Of a stretch of DNA of 19,250 nt, positions 16,764 to 19,250 are shown piece after piece. Where the stretch lies: assembly GCA_002763225.1 (NCBI GenBank), contig PFAI01000020.1, positions 1-19,250 on the forward strand, written 5' to 3'. This stretch comes from Candidatus Diapherotrites archaeon CG10_big_fil_rev_8_21_14_0_10_31_34 (GTDB lineage Archaea > Iainarchaeota > Iainarchaeia > Iainarchaeales > 1-14-0-10-31-34). The notes beneath the pieces are model-generated. The model did no database searches and was not told the DNA's origin. It saw nothing but the letters and a program-made list of their open reading frames with translations. The stretch's first letter is position 1. Each line of letters opens with the position of its first letter. Made by a program: the position numbers and the translations under genes.

Positions 16764-16905
16764 GCAGTGCTATCGAACGAAGTGAGGATAGCACGTTCAC
16801 GATTCCGATCGTGAGTGCCAGTGCACGACGTAAAGTCGTGCTAGCACGAGTGAAACTCGTGCCTCGTCACAGCCGAACGAAATCAGCTCGCGCGAGCAGG
16901 CGCGA
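16764..16905 (+). repeat. GC-rich five-hairpin cassette containing copy 2 of the 6609 element
   Basis: GTGCTATC-12nt-GATAGCAC (16767-16794), TCACGAT-TCCG-ATCGTGA (16797-16814), GCACGAC-GTAAA-GTCGTGC (16823-16841), GCACGAG-TGAAA-CTCGTGC (16844-16862), and palindrome GCTCGCGCGAGC (16886-16897). Confidence 0.85.
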
Positions 16906-16924
16906 AAAGAGAAAATAATTCTTT

Positions 16925-18084
16925 TTACTTGTTTTCCATTAGTTTTTTCAGGATTGGAGGGGTAACTAAAGTTGTTAGCATTATCACTACAACAAGAATT
17001 GAGTACATTCCTTCTCCAATAAAGGCATGAGCTAAACCAAAAGTAGCAAAAATCAGTCCTACTTCTCCTCTTGGAATCATTCCGACTCCAACAGAGCTAG
17101 TTTAGATGCTTTTGTTCCAATTGCACCAACCCCTGCAATAATCTTTCCCACTAAAGCAATAATCAGCAATACTGCCCCTAAAGGAAGCAAATCAATGTTA
17201 ACTGTATAGATGTTTACTGCTACTCCGGCCATAACAAAAAAAATTGGGGTAAACACATCTCCGATTACCTCAGTTTTTTTCATCATGTGTTCTTTGTGTT
17301 CTTCTCTTTCTAAAATCAATCCGGCTGCAAATGCCCCGACAATTGCCGCCAAGCCAATCATTTGCGCAAGATAACCTAAAGCCAAAGCAAAAATTACTGC
17401 TGAAACAATAAAAGTTCTTTGGACTTTAAGGTGTCTAATTAAATCTAAGATTGGCCCCTCTAATTTCATTCCAAGCACTACAGTAACTGCAAGGAATAAA
17501 ACTGACATTACAATTGTCTGCAATACATTAAATACTTCAACTGAACCTGTTTCAGCTATTCCTGCTAACACAGATAAAATAATTAATCCAAGAACATCAT
17601 CTATTACTGCTGCCCCTAAAATAATTTTTCCTTCCAATGAAGTAATTTTCTTCATTTCACTTAAAACTCTCATTGTTACCCCGACACTTGTTGCAGTAAG
17701 AGTTGCACCAATAAACAAGGCTGCATTAAAATCCAGTGCCTCAACATACAGCAAATAAGGCAGTGCAAGAATCACAGGAGAAATTACTCCGATTACTGCA
17801 ACCATTAAAGCTGCCTTGCCGCTTTTCAATAATTCATGAATATTGGATTCTAATCCAACTAAAAACAATAAAATTATTACTCCGATTTCAGATAAAAACA
17901 TTAAAATTTCTTCACTGCCGTCAATAAAACCAAACAAGCTTGGTCCCAGCAAAACACCTACAAGCAATTCACCTAAAACTCTTGGCTGTTTTATTCTGTC
18001 AAACAAAAACCCTGCAATTTTTGCAGCAAACAAAATTACAATTAGTTTTAGCATTATTTCAGTTATAATAGTAGTCTCAGACAA
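16925..18084 (-). pseudogene. Cation:proton antiporter (CPA2/NapA-like), frameshifted near the 3' end
   Basis: P.VLGELLVG.LLGP, LLFLVGLE, TATSVGVT, AAVIDD, GAFAAG and PIFFV motifs. The track ORF ends at 17077, but the conserved VGVGMIPRGEVG...TTLVTPPILKKLMENK* continues in another frame to 16925. Likely start is TTG 18084 after SD AGGTGA. Confidence 0.88.
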
Positions 18085-18209
18085 TTTATCACCTTGATTC
18101 AATTCTAGAAAAAAAATAATAATTAAAAATGTTTAAAAAGTTATTTTAGAATTAAGCTGAAAAAAGAATAACAATACACTTAAATTTTTGTTTTACATAT
18201 TAATAATAA

Positions 18210-18413
18210 ATGATTTTTGAAAAAAAAAATAAATGGGAAACACGCGGAGAAATTTTTGGCTACTTATTTTCATACAGTGTTTTTACTTTAATTCTTTTTA
18301 TTGCTTTAACTTTTTTTAAAAAAATGCCTGTTGGATGGAATTATATTCATGTAATTGCATTGACTTTGTTTATTGTTTTAATTGGAACAAGTTTAAAGGA
18401 ATGGTTAAAATGA
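18210..18413 (+). CDS. Small two-TM membrane protein
   Basis: 67 aa with two hydrophobic segments. ATGA overlap with the next gene. CTTAAA TATA-like box at 18179-18184. Confidence 0.7.
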   Translation: MIFEKKNKWETRGEIFGYLFSYSVFTLILFIALTFFKKMPVGWNYIHVIALTLFIVLIGTSLKEWLK

Positions 18414-18655
18414 GTTTTAAATTTTTTTGGAAAGGCTGTAAAAAAGGAATGAAAAAATTCGGAGACACTATTTCAGCAATAGTTAACACTGTTTTATTGT
18501 TTATTGTTTATTTTTTTGGCGTTGGTTTAACCTGGTTTTTTTCAAGAATTGCCGGAAAAAAATTTCTTGAAACAAAGATTTCAAAAGAAAAAAGTTATTG
18601 GAATGACTTAAATTTAAAGGAAAAAAATATTGAAGAATATTACAGGCAATTTTGA
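18410..18655 (+). CDS. SxtJ-like membrane protein (C-terminal-half type)
   Basis: From ATG 18410: FWKG.KK..KKFG..I..IVNTVLLFIVYFFGVG....F.RIAGK.FL......KSYW.....YYRQF, the pattern of the SxtJ-family C-terminus. Confidence 0.7.
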   Translation: MSFKFFWKGCKKGMKKFGDTISAIVNTVLLFIVYFFGVGLTWFFSRIAGKKFLETKISKEKSYWNDLNLKEKNIEEYYRQF

Positions 18656-18667
18656 GGAGGAAAATTA

Positions 18668-19250
18668 ATGGATAAAGGAGAAAAAGTAAAAAAATTTTAT
18701 GATAAAAATCCTTTTCCCGATTTTGAATTAAACAAATTTAATTCAAAAGAAGATTTAAAATTGGCTGCTTTTCCTTTTGCAAAAATTTTAGACAGAAGCA
18801 TTCCTGAAAACGCTTCAATAATTGATATAGGAACAGGAACCGGACAGCTCTCTGCTTTTTTATCCTTAAAAAGAAAAAATGTTTTTGGAACAGATTTCTC
18901 TGAAACTTCACTGAATAAAGCCAGAGCATTAAAAGAAAAACTTAAATTAGATTCTTTAACCCTGAAAAAAGTTGATTTAATGAATGAAAAGGAAATTGAA
19001 AACATTGAAATGAAATTTGATTGTCTTTTATGTTTAGGAGTATTACATCACACTGAAAACCCATACCAAGGATTCCAAAACATATTAAAACTACTTAAAC
19101 CAAAAGGATTTCTTGCAATAGGATTATACAATAAATTTGGAAGAGTTCCTCTAAAAATAAGAAGAGTTCTGGCAAAAACAGTTTTCAAAAACAATACTAA
19201 AATGAAAGAAAAGTTTATCAAAATGCAGTTAGAAAACCTGAAAGACGAAA
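18668..19250 (+). CDS. Class I SAM-dependent methyltransferase, 3' end outside window
   Basis: Manual translation gives MDKGEKVKKFYDKNPFPDF...IIDIGTGTGQ...GTDFS...FD...CLGVLHHT...LLKPKG...GLYNKFGR. SD GAGGAGG upstream. Not in the ORF track. Confidence 0.9.
   Translation, partial: MDKGEKVKKFYDKNPFPDFELNKFNSKEDLKLAAFPFAKILDRSIPENASIIDIGTGTGQLSAFLSLKRKNVFGTDFSETSLNKARALKEKLKLDSLTLKKVDLMNEKEIENIEMKFDCLLCLGVLHHTENPYQGFQNILKLLKPKGFLAIGLYNKFGRVPLKIRRVLAKTVFKNNTKMKEKFIKMQLENLKDE

Noticed and set aside
16764..16905. tRNA or hammerhead ribozyme
   Set aside because: No cloverleaf with a T-loop consensus, and no CUGANGA/GAAA core in the right arrangement on either strand by eye.
17077..17100. Programmed ribosomal frameshift in the antiporter
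   Set aside because: No slippery heptamer at the junction, and a simple CT duplication explains it.
18335..18409. Longer N-terminus for the SxtJ-like ORF
   Set aside because: It lies inside the upstream membrane gene. The ATGA overlap at 18410 is the more plausible start.
335..19005. Antisense or out-of-frame ORFs in the track (335, 1351, 3196, 3588, 4978, 5658, 6467, 7769, 8120, 8417, 9074, 9373, 10382, 12453, 12883, 13454, 13939, 14329, 15264, 16351, 17736, 17843, 18697, 18738)
   Set aside because: They are shadows of well-supported genes, with F/S/I-rich complement composition and no motifs.

Overview
Very AT-rich archaeal chromosomal segment, probably DPANN and most like Diapherotrites/Iainarchaeota. 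That assignment is an inference from archaea-specific gatD/gatE, AlaX-M and Dph6 together with purM and pentose-phosphate genes. Gene order: 3' end of a transaldolase, dph6 (-), a secreted beta-rich orphan, alaX, gatD, a small degenerate HD protein, CYTH, a Spo0M/arrestin-fold protein, mscS, corA (-), gatE, a 339-bp A-rich spacer, nnrD-pgi/pmi-ROK kinase-rpiA-purM, a truncated LAGLIDADG-like remnant (-), a small zinc-finger protein (-), a surface protein with an LPET-TM-KK tail, a frameshifted CPA2 antiporter (-), two small membrane proteins (one SxtJ-like) and a partial SAM methyltransferase. The strongest unexplained signals are non-coding. One is a GC-rich multi-hairpin element in two diverged copies (6609-6654 and within 16764-16905) whose stem substitutions all preserve pairing on the + strand. 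The other is a separate array of 28-bp palindromic units at 103-226. All of these sit between convergent genes. No rRNA, tRNA or CRISPR array was seen. All calls are by-eye motif recognition, with no searches run.
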